From Methanotrichaceae archaeon (lineage in GTDB: Archaea; Halobacteriota; Methanosarcinia; Methanotrichales; Methanotrichaceae), in contig CAWDLW010000043.1 of assembly GCA_963803145.1 (NCBI GenBank), forward strand, positions 1 to 64,000: a DNA stretch of 64,000 nt. The letters run 5' to 3'. Both the position numbers and the translations under genes were made by a program. Positions 19,653 through 30,253 of this stretch are shown here, piece by piece (the first letter of the stretch is position 1; each line of letters starts with the position of its first letter). Under the pieces are notes generated by a model, which was not told where the DNA came from, made no database searches, and was given only the letters and a program-made list of their open reading frames with translations.

Positions 19653-20612
19653 TTAAGGCAGCTCGATAGTTCCAACGACTCTGAGCTTGCCTCCTTCAGG
19701 ATATGCCATTATGGCCTTTGTGCCAGGCTTGTAGACGAGCATTTTATCAAGCTTCAATGTCAGCTCAGGCTTATGCCAGTCCTTCCCGATCTTCACAGCC
19801 TCAATCCTGGCGGGAACGAATTGCATCCAAAGGCCGAGATGAAGCACCATTCCCTCCTTCATTGGAGTTGGCCAGTACTTCACCACGTCTGCTTTTGCAG
19901 TCACAGATGAGATAGATTTGATCGATTTATCATTTGTGAGAATTGTACCTCTATCCAGCTCTTCCACATCCACGCCTTTCAGTGCCATGCCGGTCCTATC
20001 ACCTACGGAAGCACAATCGAAGTCCTCATCATGCTTCTGTACAGATCTGACCTGAGCTGTTTTATCTCCTGGCAGTACCTTCAGTTCATCGTGCTTTTTA
20101 ATGGCGCCTTCAACAATGGAGCCCAATACGACAGTCCCAACTCCGCGCACATTGAAGAAATGATCAACCGGCATAGTTCCTGTCTCACTATTGCAATCCG
20201 ACTCTATCTGTTCCGCTTCGAGAAGGAGCTTCTCACGTAAGGCATTTTTATCGTCCTCCATAAATTCATAGCCCTCGATGACAGTTCCTTTTATCAGAGG
20301 CAGGATTTGATCGCGTGAGATATAGTTTCTTAATATTGCTATGCCGTTCTTTAGCCCTGCACATTGGAGCATCACAACGCATTCCCCGAATACAGGATCG
20401 ATTTTATCCACTATCAGAATAGCCTTTTGGCTTAGGGAAACAGCATAGAATAGTGGCGCAAGCCGCTCTGGATATCGCGTAGGCTCTATGATTGTGACTG
20501 TGTTCTCACCCTTCTTTAGATTATAAAATGTAAGATCGCTAGTTGTCCCTTTTTTTCCAAAATCCTTGGCGTAATCCATTGCCCCTAGGACCGCTACGTT
20601 CAAATTGGCCAT
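19653..20612 (-). CDS. SelB/EF-Tu-like protein with degenerate G domain (aSelBL type)
   Basis: EF-Tu domain II motif VDHFFNVRGVGTVVLG...VRSVQKHD; no intact GxxxxGK(S/T). Likely start is ATG 20612 (MANLNV). Confidence 0.8.
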   Translation of the reverse strand: MANLNVAVLGAMDYAKDFGKKGTTSDLTFYNLKKGENTVTIIEPTRYPERLAPLFYAVSLSQKAILIVDKIDPVFGECVVMLQCAGLKNGIAILRNYISRDQILPLIKGTVIEGYEFMEDDKNALREKLLLEAEQIESDCNSETGTMPVDHFFNVRGVGTVVLGSIVEGAIKKHDELKVLPGDKTAQVRSVQKHDEDFDCASVGDRTGMALKGVDVEELDRGTILTNDKSIKSISSVTAKADVVKYWPTPMKEGMVLHLGLWMQFVPARIEAVKIGKDWHKPELTLKLDKMLVYKPGTKAIMAYPEGGKLRVVGTIELP

Positions 20613-21064
20613 ATTGATCTGGAATATGCCCATGATAATAGGGTTTACGGTGATCATCCGAAACTCTATTTATAGCAGTGGTACTTGTTTTTCAAATATG
20701 TGCGGAGCAGATATTCCTGATATAATTGAATCTGATAGCCGGAATGAGAAGAAAAAAAAAGATGATGATCAATCCAGGGCCGCGGATAAGCATAAAGATT
20801 GATTGAGATACTACCGTTAGCCCATCGATCGGTTTCTTGGGCGGATCGTAAACGGTTACCTATTTATTGGCATCATTAAAGGCATATATCAAATTTATCT
20901 TATTGTTACTTTAACTATAATTTAAATACATCGCTGCCAGAACTGCGATAATGCATCACGATACCAGGCGCTTGGTTGAAAAGATATTTATCATATAACA
21001 GTATAGAATTAGATGATAGGATCACAATTTTCTGAAGCGATCCGCATTATAAGAGGCGATATAA

Positions 21065-21346
21065 TTGGCGAAGGATTTTGCGAAGGATGACAGCATCGGA
21101 AAGGTAATAGAAGAGATTGGCACAGGAAAGACCTGCTTCACTCAGGGAAATATAGATGATCTAAGAAATGCCCTGACGAAGGGTGGCTGGGATGCTGCAG
21201 AGGCCAAGGCTGCACAGTTTGCAGGGACCGATGGATATACTGATCTTCTGGGCATAATTGCGATTATGAGGAAGCATAAGCTTAGCCCTGAGGCTGGGGA
21301 CGACTTGCTCAAAAACATATTCCAAATAAAGGCCGGTCACTCGTAG
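21065..21346 (+). CDS. Hypothetical protein (93 aa)
   Basis: GAGG RBS before TTG; protein-like composition; AT-rich flanks. Confidence 0.6.
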   Translation: MAKDFAKDDSIGKVIEEIGTGKTCFTQGNIDDLRNALTKGGWDAAEAKAAQFAGTDGYTDLLGIIAIMRKHKLSPEAGDDLLKNIFQIKAGHS

Positions 21347-21399
21347 CTATTGACACTTTATAAAACTTAAATTTCTAAATTTTTATATTTAAACCTCAT

Positions 21400-22022
21400 T
21401 CAAACAAATGCATAACTAATAGCGCTAGTCTTACTGATACTATTGCCACTAACCGTGCTGACTCCGTTGGGGCCGCTAACTGTGGTGACTCCATTGGCTG
21501 AGCTGACGGTCGTGCCTGTACCCATATTGCCAGTCACACCCGTTCCCGTTGTGCTTAAGTTGCCAGCCGTACCTGTTGTGTTTATGGCTAATGGACCAGT
21601 CTCAGTGGTACCACTTCCAAGCGGGACTACGCCGGTGTTGCCAATATTGCTAGACGGTGCTCCGTAGCTTATTACAATAGGTTGAATAGCCGTCCCAGTG
21701 CTGCCTGAGGCTGCCTGGCCAATTGTAGTAACTGGTCCATTAGTTCCAATCGATCCAGCCATCTGCCCCAAAGCTCCTTGTCCCGGCAAGTTCACTCTGA
21801 AGGATGCCATCACCGGCACGCTGTTCGGCCCTACGACCGGTATATCGGGGCCAGGATACTCAAAACAGCCCTGCTTCCCGAGATCTCTATGCATCTCTGC
21901 AAAGAGGGCTGTTGTGGCAATCTTTGGATCAATGGTGACGTGATCTTAGCTGCTGTTCCTATCCCGGTTATGTTGCTCGGCAATCCCTGAATATTCTGGC
22001 TTTGGTTGGGATTATTAACCAT
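21400..22022 (-). pseudogene. Gly/Thr/Ser-rich low-complexity protein with a probable 1-nt frameshift near 21945
   Basis: MVNNPNQ...GIGTAAK joins DHVTIDPKIATTALFAEMHRDLG... (ORF 21400..21894) by a one-base shift. Confidence 0.45.
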
Positions 22023-22101
22023 CTTAAACAGTTTACATTATTTAATACTCAATGAGTTATATAATTTCCTAAAACTGATTGTAATCCTTGATACGCAAGA
22101 C

Positions 22102-22150
22102 TTATATATGATGTATTAATTGATACATCATAGTACAAGTTTATACATCA
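22102..22150 (+). promoter_or_regulatory. trp operon promoter with putative operator
   Basis: TTATATA box at 22102-08; inverted repeat ATGATGTAT (22108-16) / ATACATCAT (22123-31); AGTACA and TATACA boxes downstream. Confidence 0.55.
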
Positions 22151-22166
22151 AAGTTGGTGATTATAA

Positions 22167-23192
22167 TTGAGTTATCTTCAGAAGATCGTTGAGGGGCAGG
22201 ACCTCAGTGCTGATGAGGCTGAGGCTCTTCTTGGCGAAATCTTCAACGGTGCGACAGATGCGCAGATAGGCGCACTTCTCATTGCCATGAGAATGAAGGG
22301 CGAATCTATATCTGAGATTGCTGGACTGGCCAGGAAAATGAGAAGCTCTTCCATCCAGATTCACCCAAATGTGGAGGGCCCACTTGTGGATACCTGCGGC
22401 ACTGGCGGAGATGCATCAAATACCATAAACATCAGCACCGCTGCAGCCATAGTTGCAGCATCCTGCGGTGTGCCCATCGCAAAGCATGGAAACTATGCGA
22501 TCAGCTCAAGATGCGGAAGCGCCAATGTGCTATCTGAATTGGGCGTAAATATCTCTCCCGAGCCTGATGAGGTCAGAAGAGCGATCGAAAAGCTGGGAAT
22601 AGGATTCATGCTCGCGCCTCTGTTTCATCCTGCAATGAAGCGGGTTGGGCAGATAAGACGTGATCTTGGCACCCGCACAATCTTCAATATCCTCGGGCCA
22701 CTAACGAATCCTGCGGGCGCAAAGGCGCAAGTGATGGGTGTTTATGATCCCAACCTTTGTGAAAAGCTTGCAAATGTCCTGATGCTCCTTGGGTCTGTTA
22801 GGGCAATGGTTGTCCATGGCCAGGGTATGGATGAGATAACGAACACCGGCGAAACTAACGTTGCAGAGCTGAAGGACGGATCTGTGAGAAGCTATCGCTT
22901 ACACCCTGAAGACTTTGGCTATCCACTATCAAGGGCTGAGGATATAGCAGGAGGCACACCATTCGAGAATGCTCAGAAGCTTATGAATGTGATGAAGGGC
23001 AAGAGGGATCCTGCCAGGGATATAATTGCCATAAACTCAGCTGCTGCCCTCTATGTATCAGGCAAGGCATCATCACTGCAGGAGGGCGCTAAGATGGCAG
23101 AGGACGCGCTTGATTCGGGCAGAGCTTTGGAAACGCTGAAGGCAATGGTGAAGATGAACGGCGAGCCCGAGAAGCTGGGGCGGTTCCTTTGA
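22167..23192 (+). CDS. trpD: Anthranilate phosphoribosyltransferase
   Basis: DTCGTGGD, NIST, KHGN, FNILGPLTNP and GMDE motifs. Confidence 0.97.
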   Translation: MSYLQKIVEGQDLSADEAEALLGEIFNGATDAQIGALLIAMRMKGESISEIAGLARKMRSSSIQIHPNVEGPLVDTCGTGGDASNTINISTAAAIVAASCGVPIAKHGNYAISSRCGSANVLSELGVNISPEPDEVRRAIEKLGIGFMLAPLFHPAMKRVGQIRRDLGTRTIFNILGPLTNPAGAKAQVMGVYDPNLCEKLANVLMLLGSVRAMVVHGQGMDEITNTGETNVAELKDGSVRSYRLHPEDFGYPLSRAEDIAGGTPFENAQKLMNVMKGKRDPARDIIAINSAAALYVSGKASSLQEGAKMAEDALDSGRALETLKAMVKMNGEPEKLGRFL

Positions 23193-23824
23193 CAAGGGCC
23201 AAGGTCTGTGGTATAATGAGCAAATCAGATCTTGAATCTGCCATTTCAGGAGGCGCCGATGCAGTAGGCTTTATAGTTGAGATTGAAGGGTCGCGCCATA
23301 TGATTTCTGTTGAGGCTGCAAGAGATATGATAATGAAAGTGCCTGTGTTCGTCAAAAGTGTCGCAGTGATTGCTCCGAATAGCGTCGATGAAGCTGCAGA
23401 GCTCGCTCATAAGACAGGTGCTGATCTTCTCCAGATACATGGGTCTTTGGGCCCGAAAGAAATCATAGCTCTGAAGGCCAGAGTCTCTCAGAGGATAATT
23501 GCGGCCGCGCCTGCAGGATCGGATAATATCCATAATATCCTCGGCCTGAGCACGGCAGCAGATGCTGTTCTTCTCGATACCTTCAAGGACGGTCAGCTTG
23601 GCGGCACCGGCGCAACACACGATTGGAACTTGAGCGCTAGCATTGTCAGGGATCTCAAGGCGCCAGTTATACTCGCAGGAGGCCTGAACCCTTCCAATGT
23701 GATAGAAGCGATAAAGACAGTCAGGCCTTATGCAGTGGATGTATCCAGCGGCGTAGAAACTGAAGGCATGAAGGACCCTGAAAAAGTAGCAGCTTTCGTG
23801 AAGGCGGTGAGAGCATGCCCCTAG
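23189..23824 (+). CDS. trpF: Phosphoribosylanthranilate isomerase
   Basis: KVCGI, QIHG, GGTG, ILAGGLNP and DVSSGVE motifs. Confidence 0.95.
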   Translation: MTRAKVCGIMSKSDLESAISGGADAVGFIVEIEGSRHMISVEAARDMIMKVPVFVKSVAVIAPNSVDEAAELAHKTGADLLQIHGSLGPKEIIALKARVSQRIIAAAPAGSDNIHNILGLSTAADAVLLDTFKDGQLGGTGATHDWNLSASIVRDLKAPVILAGGLNPSNVIEAIKTVRPYAVDVSSGVETEGMKDPEKVAAFVKAVRACP

Positions 23825-25254
23825 AGCCAGTTCTTGTAGACGTAACAGATAAAGTCAGCGTGGATGCGCCCTTATCGCTCTATCTAGCCTTAAGGTCTAG
23901 AAGATATCCTTATTTGCTGGAATCAGTTGAGAAATCGGGTAACAAAGCACGCTTTTCATTTGTCGGCGCAGATCCTTCTGCCCTTGTCACTATAAAGAAC
24001 CGATACTTAACAATGGAGTTCTTCAATGGCGAAATAGAGAAGATGCAAGAACGCCTGTCAATATGTATCGATGCCGAGCGAAATGGCTCCAAGATCGTTG
24101 GCATGATTAGAGAAGGCTATGATCTCTTCGATGCTCTGAGGGCGGCCATACCTTGCCAGAGGTGCAGCGAGCCTAACTCCTTCGGACGCCAGATGTTCTC
24201 AGGCGGCGGCATAGGTTATCTTGCCTACGACCTTATCAAGGAGCGCCTGGGCAGAGGCTCAATCTCAAATACGCCCGATGCCCAGTTCGCTATAACCGAG
24301 AGCACATTCATCTTCGACCATCTCACAAGGAAGGTCTATTTTACAGTAGCTCCAATCTTCCCAGGAGCCAAGACTGATCTGATAGAGATCATAGAGGGAT
24401 TTGATCCTGAGGGTGCCGATATAGAAGATCTGGATGGAGGCATTCTAAGCATCGGAGATAAAGACAGATACCAGGAGGCCGTCCTGAGATCGAAGACGCA
24501 CATAAAGGATGGCGATATATTCCAAGTAGTCCTTGCGAGGTCAGCCAGGATAAGCTGCTCAAACCCTATCGGACTTTATAGAAGGCTTCGCAGCATAAAC
24601 CCGAGCCCCTACACATACCTGTTCGAGTTCGGAGATCTATCGATAATTGGCGCCTCTCCTGAGACTCTTTTCAGCGCCTATGCGGGCAAGCTCAAGGTAA
24701 ATCCAATAGCAGGCACATGTCCTCGCGGAAAAACGCTTGATGAAGACGATGAGCTTGCGAAGGCAATGCTGAACGATGATAAAGAGAGGGCTGAGCATAT
24801 TATGCTTGTCGATTTGGGAAGGAATGATGTGAGATCAGTCTGTAAATCAGGAACTGTCAAAGTTGAAGATTTCATGTCGGTCCTGAAATACTCCCATGTG
24901 CAGCATATCGAGACAACTGTGGTCGGAGATCTCAGAGATGAGTGCGACCAATTCGATGCTGCTCGTTCAGTCTTTCCAGCAGGGACACTCTCAGGAGCGC
25001 CCAAGCTCAGGGCTATGGAGATCATTGATGACCTTGAGACTGAACCGCGAGGAATTTACGGAGGAGGCATTGGCTATTTCTCAGTTGACGGCAGTGCGGA
25101 TTTCGCAATTGCTATTCGCAGCATCCTAATCCAGAACGGCGTGGCGACTGTCCAGGCTGGGGCCGGAATAGTTGCAGATTCAGATCCATATCGTGAATAT
25201 CTGGAGACTGAAAGGAAGATGGCTGCCATGAAGCATGCCCTGGGGGCTGCATGA
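23815..25254 (+). CDS. trpE: Anthranilate synthase component I
   Basis: LLES, GDIFQVVL, NPSPY, ASPE, KERAEHIMLVDLGRND and PAGTLSGAPK motifs. Confidence 0.95.
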   Translation: MPLEPVLVDVTDKVSVDAPLSLYLALRSRRYPYLLESVEKSGNKARFSFVGADPSALVTIKNRYLTMEFFNGEIEKMQERLSICIDAERNGSKIVGMIREGYDLFDALRAAIPCQRCSEPNSFGRQMFSGGGIGYLAYDLIKERLGRGSISNTPDAQFAITESTFIFDHLTRKVYFTVAPIFPGAKTDLIEIIEGFDPEGADIEDLDGGILSIGDKDRYQEAVLRSKTHIKDGDIFQVVLARSARISCSNPIGLYRRLRSINPSPYTYLFEFGDLSIIGASPETLFSAYAGKLKVNPIAGTCPRGKTLDEDDELAKAMLNDDKERAEHIMLVDLGRNDVRSVCKSGTVKVEDFMSVLKYSHVQHIETTVVGDLRDECDQFDAARSVFPAGTLSGAPKLRAMEIIDDLETEPRGIYGGGIGYFSVDGSADFAIAIRSILIQNGVATVQAGAGIVADSDPYREYLETERKMAAMKHALGAA

Positions 25255-25847
25255 GGCCAATCCTTTTTGTGGATAACCAGGACTCCTTTGTCTGGAATCT
25301 CGTTGATTACGTTTCACAATTCTATGAGAACACGGTTGTAAGGCCAAACACGGTCAAGCTCTCTGAAGTTGAGGAAATGGATCCTCTGAGCATAGTGATA
25401 TCACCTGGGCCCGGACATCCTGCGAACGCGAGGGACATAGGCAGCTGCCTGGATATAATAAGACATTTCGGCAAAACCCCTATTCTGGGAGTCTGCCTTG
25501 GGCATCAGGCCATGAACCTGGCCTATGGGGGCACAATAGCACACACAAGTCCACTGCACGGCAAGACATCACAGATAAAGCATGACGGCAGAGGCATCTT
25601 TCGCGGCATAGAGAGTCCTCTGACAGGCGGACGCTACCATTCGCTGGCAATAGAGAAGCTTGCATCGCCGCTGGAGATATCGGCAGTTACGCAGGATGGC
25701 GTGATCATGGGCATAAGGCATAAAACGCTACCATCCAACGGCCTCCAGTTCCATCCTGAATCTGTGCTTACGCCGCAAGGAAAGAGGATCATATCCAATT
25801 GGATTGAGGATGTTGCAGGATGCACGCGACTATCGATGAGATCCTGA
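25251..25847 (+). CDS. trpG: Anthranilate synthase component II (glutamine amidotransferase)
   Basis: DSFVWNL, SPGPGHP, GVCLGHQ, RYHSL and QFHPES motifs. Confidence 0.95.
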   Translation: MRPILFVDNQDSFVWNLVDYVSQFYENTVVRPNTVKLSEVEEMDPLSIVISPGPGHPANARDIGSCLDIIRHFGKTPILGVCLGHQAMNLAYGGTIAHTSPLHGKTSQIKHDGRGIFRGIESPLTGGRYHSLAIEKLASPLEISAVTQDGVIMGIRHKTLPSNGLQFHPESVLTPQGKRIISNWIEDVAGCTRLSMRS

Positions 25848-26548
25848 AATCTTCACGAGAGCGCGGCTTTAGCCCTTCAGGCTGGGTGCCGGGAGAGCGC
25901 CGAGACCTCATCAGCTCAGCCAGGTCACTCAAATCCAGGGGCTTTATTCCAGTCATAGCGGAGATCAAGCCGAAGGCTCTTGGCAGGCCGCTGTCTCCTG
26001 AAGAGGTGGCTGCCTATTCAAAAGCCTATGCCGATAACAATGCCTGCGCTATATCTGTTCTGACAGAGCCAACTCACTTCAAGGGCTCTTTGGAAAATGC
26101 CAAGATAGCTAGGAATGCAGGTTTGCCGGTTTTAAGAAAGGATTTCATATTCGATGAAAGGCAGCTTCAGGAGGTGCAGGCTGATCTGGTTCTGTTGATT
26201 GCTTCTCTGGGCATCGACCTTGATAGATTTGTAGATATTGCCAGGGCCAATGAAATGGAGCCGCTGGTAGAGGTTCATAATAAAGAAGAGCTGAATAGCG
26301 CTCTGAAGACCGACGCTAGGATCATTGGGATCAACAATCGCAACCTGAATACTCTGGAGGTTGATCTCGGCACATTTGAGCGACTGGCGCCTATGGTCAA
26401 AGATATTGGCCTATTTCTAGTGGCTGAAAGCGGGGTTCACACCAGGGAGGAGGCCAAAAGGATGATAGAGGCAGGGGCGGATGCCCTGCTGGTAGGGACG
26501 ACCTTGATGGAGAGGCCGGAGAGGCTGAGGGAGCTAAACCGTTTATAG
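25820..26548 (+). CDS. trpC: Indole-3-glycerol phosphate synthase
   Basis: IAEIKP, SVLTEP, LRKDF, GINNRNL and AESG motifs. Confidence 0.95.
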   Translation: MHATIDEILKSSRERGFSPSGWVPGERRDLISSARSLKSRGFIPVIAEIKPKALGRPLSPEEVAAYSKAYADNNACAISVLTEPTHFKGSLENAKIARNAGLPVLRKDFIFDERQLQEVQADLVLLIASLGIDLDRFVDIARANEMEPLVEVHNKEELNSALKTDARIIGINNRNLNTLEVDLGTFERLAPMVKDIGLFLVAESGVHTREEAKRMIEAGADALLVGTTLMERPERLRELNRL

Positions 26549-26687
26549 CCCCATTGCTATGAAAAACATTAGATTGTCAATAGCTAGCGATCACTTTTAT
26601 CCTTCGGCTATGGTTCAAAAAACCAACCATTAAAAGAATCAGAGTTTTCATCTTCAACATAAGGAAGAATCGCTCATATTGTTCTCA

Positions 26688-26802
26688 TCAACCTTATAGC
26701 CTATCGTTTTCTGGAGCCTTCCCCCGCAGAGGGGTTAGGGGCAGCCCGCGCGGCGACTGAGCGCGCTAGTATAACCATTAGTGTTAGCCCCGAAAGAAGT
26801 GT
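26688..26802 (+). repeat. Structured dispersed repeat, copy C
   Basis: tcaaccttatagc...ccttccccc..gaggggttaggggcagcccgcgcggcgactgagcgcgctag...gtgttagcccc, matching copies A and B. Confidence 0.85.
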
Positions 26803-26975
26803 AGAGCTAATGACCATTTTCATTCTCCGGGCGTGATTCAATCACTCAGGGACTTCATGCTCATATTAAACATAGATGAGTTGAATAGTATTTTTCAAGA
26901 AGCTTTGAGTTTGGAGGCACAATGGCTAATCCGGACAGATAAGGCCATATACAAAAAACAACAGGAATCATTTGG

Positions 26976-27636
26976 ATGAAGAAGCTCACGGCTAATCGTC
27001 TCGGGCAGAGTCCAGGAGGTCGGCTATCGGGGCCGGGTAATCGAGATAGCCAGTGCTTTCGGCCTTAAGGGTATGATCGAGAACCTGAAAGATGGCAGGG
27101 TGAAGATCATAGCCGAGGGCGAGGATGAAAGGCTAAAATGGTTCGAGAGCGCCATTGATATAAGGAACACTTTGATCAATGTTTCTTCTATCGATAAAGA
27201 GTACTCGCCAGCACGCGGCGAGTTTGATCATTTCGGGAAGCTTGTGATCAAGGGCGAGACCGACGCCAGGCTGGATAAAGGCGTTGAGGTCATGAAAGAT
27301 CTGCTTGCCGGCATCAAAGATATTAATAAAACTCTGGCTGATATGAACTCCAATCTTGGCGGCAAGATGGATTTGATGATCAAGGGACAAGAAGGGCTCA
27401 GCGGCAAGACAGATTTAATGATCGAAGGACAAGAGAGGTTCAGCGGCAAGATGGACAAATCTCTAGCCAAACAGGACCGCATGCTGGAAAAGCAGGACGA
27501 GCTTCTTGTTGAGGTTAAAGATATGAACCGAAGCCTGAATGAGAAGCTTGACAAGGTTCTGGACAAGGATATAGTTGAATTGAAGGCCGATGTATCCGAG
27601 ATTAAGGCCGCTCTGAAGGCGAAGGGCATAATCTGA
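26976..27636 (+). pseudogene. Acylphosphatase-domain plus coiled-coil protein with a +1 frameshift at about 26994
   Basis: MKKLTA / IVSGRVQEVGYRGRV...GMIENLKDGRVKIIAEG (acylphosphatase signature) is broken by one extra A. The tail contains 14-aa (42-bp) repeats GKxDLMIxGQExxS. Confidence 0.8.
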
Positions 27637-27676
27637 ATTCTTCTATTGTTAAACCACCAAAAGGTGTTATGATACC

Positions 27677-30253
27677 TTAATTTCCTTTCGCCTTGAGATA
27701 ATCCTCAAATATGCTGTATTCCAAATTGTACAATGCCGTTATATCATACCGATTCTCGTCAACCGTTCTTGGGTCTAACTTGGAGTATCCCATATAGCCG
27801 GGCCCTCCGTAGAGACCGTCCTTGAATACTTGGGAGTCGGTGAAAAGCACGAATTTACCCTTGCCATAGTCCCTCCCGGCCAAAACGACTCTTCCATCCA
27901 CAGTCAGCATTGCACTTCCGCCTTTGATGGCCAGTCCCCATGGTTTTATGGGCAGTCCGTTTTTCGAACTCCAGTTCGCATTATCAGGTTCAATTGTCGA
28001 GTAAGTCGTCATTCCAAAGCGGTTGATCAGGCTGGACCATGGCCCTTCCGAGCTTATCATGAGCAGCACTGAATTGCCGTCCCTGACATAACTCAAGAGG
28101 GAATCAGTCTCTTCTGATGAAAGCGGTTTGACTGGATCTATTATGACAACCATTCTGCCCTTAGACATTCCATCTTCCATACTGCTGTCCAGCGATGGCG
28201 TCAGGTTAACTCTCTGGGTCCAAATGAAAAACGTCTCATACTGTCCCATCTGGTTCCCTCGAGTGGTTATGATATCCGAATGCTCTCCATCGAAACTGAC
28301 GGTATGGTTTCGAGCATAAAACAAACTTGGAACTGAATCCTCAGCCTTAATGGAAGTCGTGAGCAATGCCCCGCTGACCGATAGAGCACATAGGGACAGC
28401 ACCAGGACCAGAGCAGCCATCTTTTCATCTCCCCAGGTCCTCCTTCCGAGCAGGCAAGCCGCCATGATTGCTGTTATCAAGCCTATGATGAATAAGATCT
28501 GATTTATATTCTGGTAGGAGTTCTTATAGTTGAGGTACTCCATGACCCCGATTATCAGATTTGGAGATCCCCCGAAGAAAATCCTGAAATCAGAGGTTAT
28601 AGTTGAATCTGCAAAGGCTACGACTCTTCCTTTTCCATATTCGGTGGCTACAGCCTGATTCATCAACCCCCAGTTCGTATCTGTAGAATGAGTAGGATCG
28701 TTGCTTCTCGTCTCTCTGAAGAAGCCGACTGAAGAATATTCCCCGGGTTCAGCACCCATTCCAAATCCCAAAATCACAGGCTCGCTTCCGAGGGGCGCTT
28801 TCAGGCTGCAGCCTGTCATGAAGTCCAGTTCAGGCATGTACTTAATGGCGGGATGGAATAGTTGCCCCCTCGTGTAGTGGTATAGAGTCCCGTTTATGGA
28901 GTTGACTTCGTCAAATCCGAACTCTATCCCTAACCTCTTTGAAATTTCATTTAGATTTGTGCCGGTTCCTGCGAAGTTTGTATGATCACCTATCAGGAAC
29001 AACCCACCCCCATTTTCAACAAAACGGACTATTGCATCAATTTCTTCAGGCTTATATTGAGATGGCGTCTCCATTATTAGAATATCATAATTTTTCAATA
29101 TATCATAGGTCAGTTTATCGGATACGATGTCAGGCGCGACCTTTTCAGCACCTGGGACCTCCATATACTTAAATGAAGGATCTACTATTCTGTCCACATG
29201 ATATGTATCTTTAAGCCATTCGATCATGCTGTACGCGTTGTATGTTGAACCTTCTCCATACCAATTCTTGTCCAGCTTTAGTGTGGAGAGCTCCCAACGA
29301 GAGTGGATCTCATCCACAAGCACACGGCCGTCCTTTTTGATTCCCGGATCGTGGAAGATTACTGCAGATGTCAAACAGAATGAGCTTATTAAAACAATTG
29401 ATAAAGCTATGGCCAGGTTCCTATCGATATTCAATCTGATATCGAACCTCGATGGTCCATTCGCCGGATAAAGCCAGAGAAACAGCAGCACTAAGGGGAT
29501 AAAGCTGCCAATCAGCCACCACGGATCTATGAAAATCTCGATTCTGTCCATAGCGAACTCGGGCATATCCTTCCAGAAGAATATATGAACCAGGACCAGA
29601 TACCTCAGCAGTAAATATATGAAGCTAGCCGCTAGAAAGACAAAAATGCGTTTTGCAGAAGCTAATGTTCCCTGGGAGGTCAAGGATATCAACAAAACGG
29701 AGCCGACTAATATTAAAATCCAGGGATGAAATCCCAGCTTTTCCATATTTATATTAAAAGGAAAGACATCTTTTTGCGCAAATATCAGAAGCATACCCTG
29801 ACTCGACACGGCGTTCAGTCCTGAAAGTCTTGCGAGGACTGCCAATATGGGTGATAGCCAGCTCGCATCACGATAATTCGGTGTCACGATATAATAGATC
29901 GATAGAGCGAAAGAATGCAAGATCAGGACTGCCCCTGCGAAGAGAGGACCCAGCCAAATAGGTCCGAGTTCCGGTGCAATTAGAGATATTACCAGAGCTA
30001 CAGCAGTTACAATCAAACCTGCATTATAGGGATAAGGTATTATCAGACATGATAGAATCAAGGGCACCAGGACGACTGCATATCTTTTATCAACCACAGC
30101 CGAGCTTCCTAGAAATCCTGTCATAGAGATAGCTATTCCCAATAAAATGAATGCTGCTGCTGGGACAGGACTGGATGTAGGGCCGTTAATATCCACTTCA
30201 AACAGCCAGAATACGGTCAATGGTATCAGGGACAACCATAGTAATCGCTTCAT
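27677..30253 (-). CDS. Multi-TM membrane protein with two GATase1-like (GldG/DUF4350-like) soluble domains, paralog B
   Basis: About 10 N-terminal TMs; domain 1 GRVLVDEIH...YDILI..EIDAIVRFVENGGGLFLIGDHTN...GKGRVVAFADS; two TMs; domain 2 ...GKGKFVLFTDS. The true start is probably ATG 30253, which forms an ATGA overlap with the upstream gene. Confidence 0.75.
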   Translation of the reverse strand: MKRLLWLSLIPLTVFWLFEVDINGPTSSPVPAAAFILLGIAISMTGFLGSSAVVDKRYAVVLVPLILSCLIIPYPYNAGLIVTAVALVISLIAPELGPIWLGPLFAGAVLILHSFALSIYYIVTPNYRDASWLSPILAVLARLSGLNAVSSQGMLLIFAQKDVFPFNINMEKLGFHPWILILVGSVLLISLTSQGTLASAKRIFVFLAASFIYLLLRYLVLVHIFFWKDMPEFAMDRIEIFIDPWWLIGSFIPLVLLFLWLYPANGPSRFDIRLNIDRNLAIALSIVLISSFCLTSAVIFHDPGIKKDGRVLVDEIHSRWELSTLKLDKNWYGEGSTYNAYSMIEWLKDTYHVDRIVDPSFKYMEVPGAEKVAPDIVSDKLTYDILKNYDILIMETPSQYKPEEIDAIVRFVENGGGLFLIGDHTNFAGTGTNLNEISKRLGIEFGFDEVNSINGTLYHYTRGQLFHPAIKYMPELDFMTGCSLKAPLGSEPVILGFGMGAEPGEYSSVGFFRETRSNDPTHSTDTNWGLMNQAVATEYGKGRVVAFADSTITSDFRIFFGGSPNLIIGVMEYLNYKNSYQNINQILFIIGLITAIMAACLLGRRTWGDEKMAALVLVLSLCALSVSGALLTTSIKAEDSVPSLFYARNHTVSFDGEHSDIITTRGNQMGQYETFFIWTQRVNLTPSLDSSMEDGMSKGRMVVIIDPVKPLSSEETDSLLSYVRDGNSVLLMISSEGPWSSLINRFGMTTYSTIEPDNANWSSKNGLPIKPWGLAIKGGSAMLTVDGRVVLAGRDYGKGKFVLFTDSQVFKDGLYGGPGYMGYSKLDPRTVDENRYDITALYNLEYSIFEDYLKAKGN

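Noticed and set aside
21065-21346. CRISPR small-subunit (Csm2-like) identity for the 93-aa protein
   Set aside because: Only a vague helical resemblance, with no cas context.
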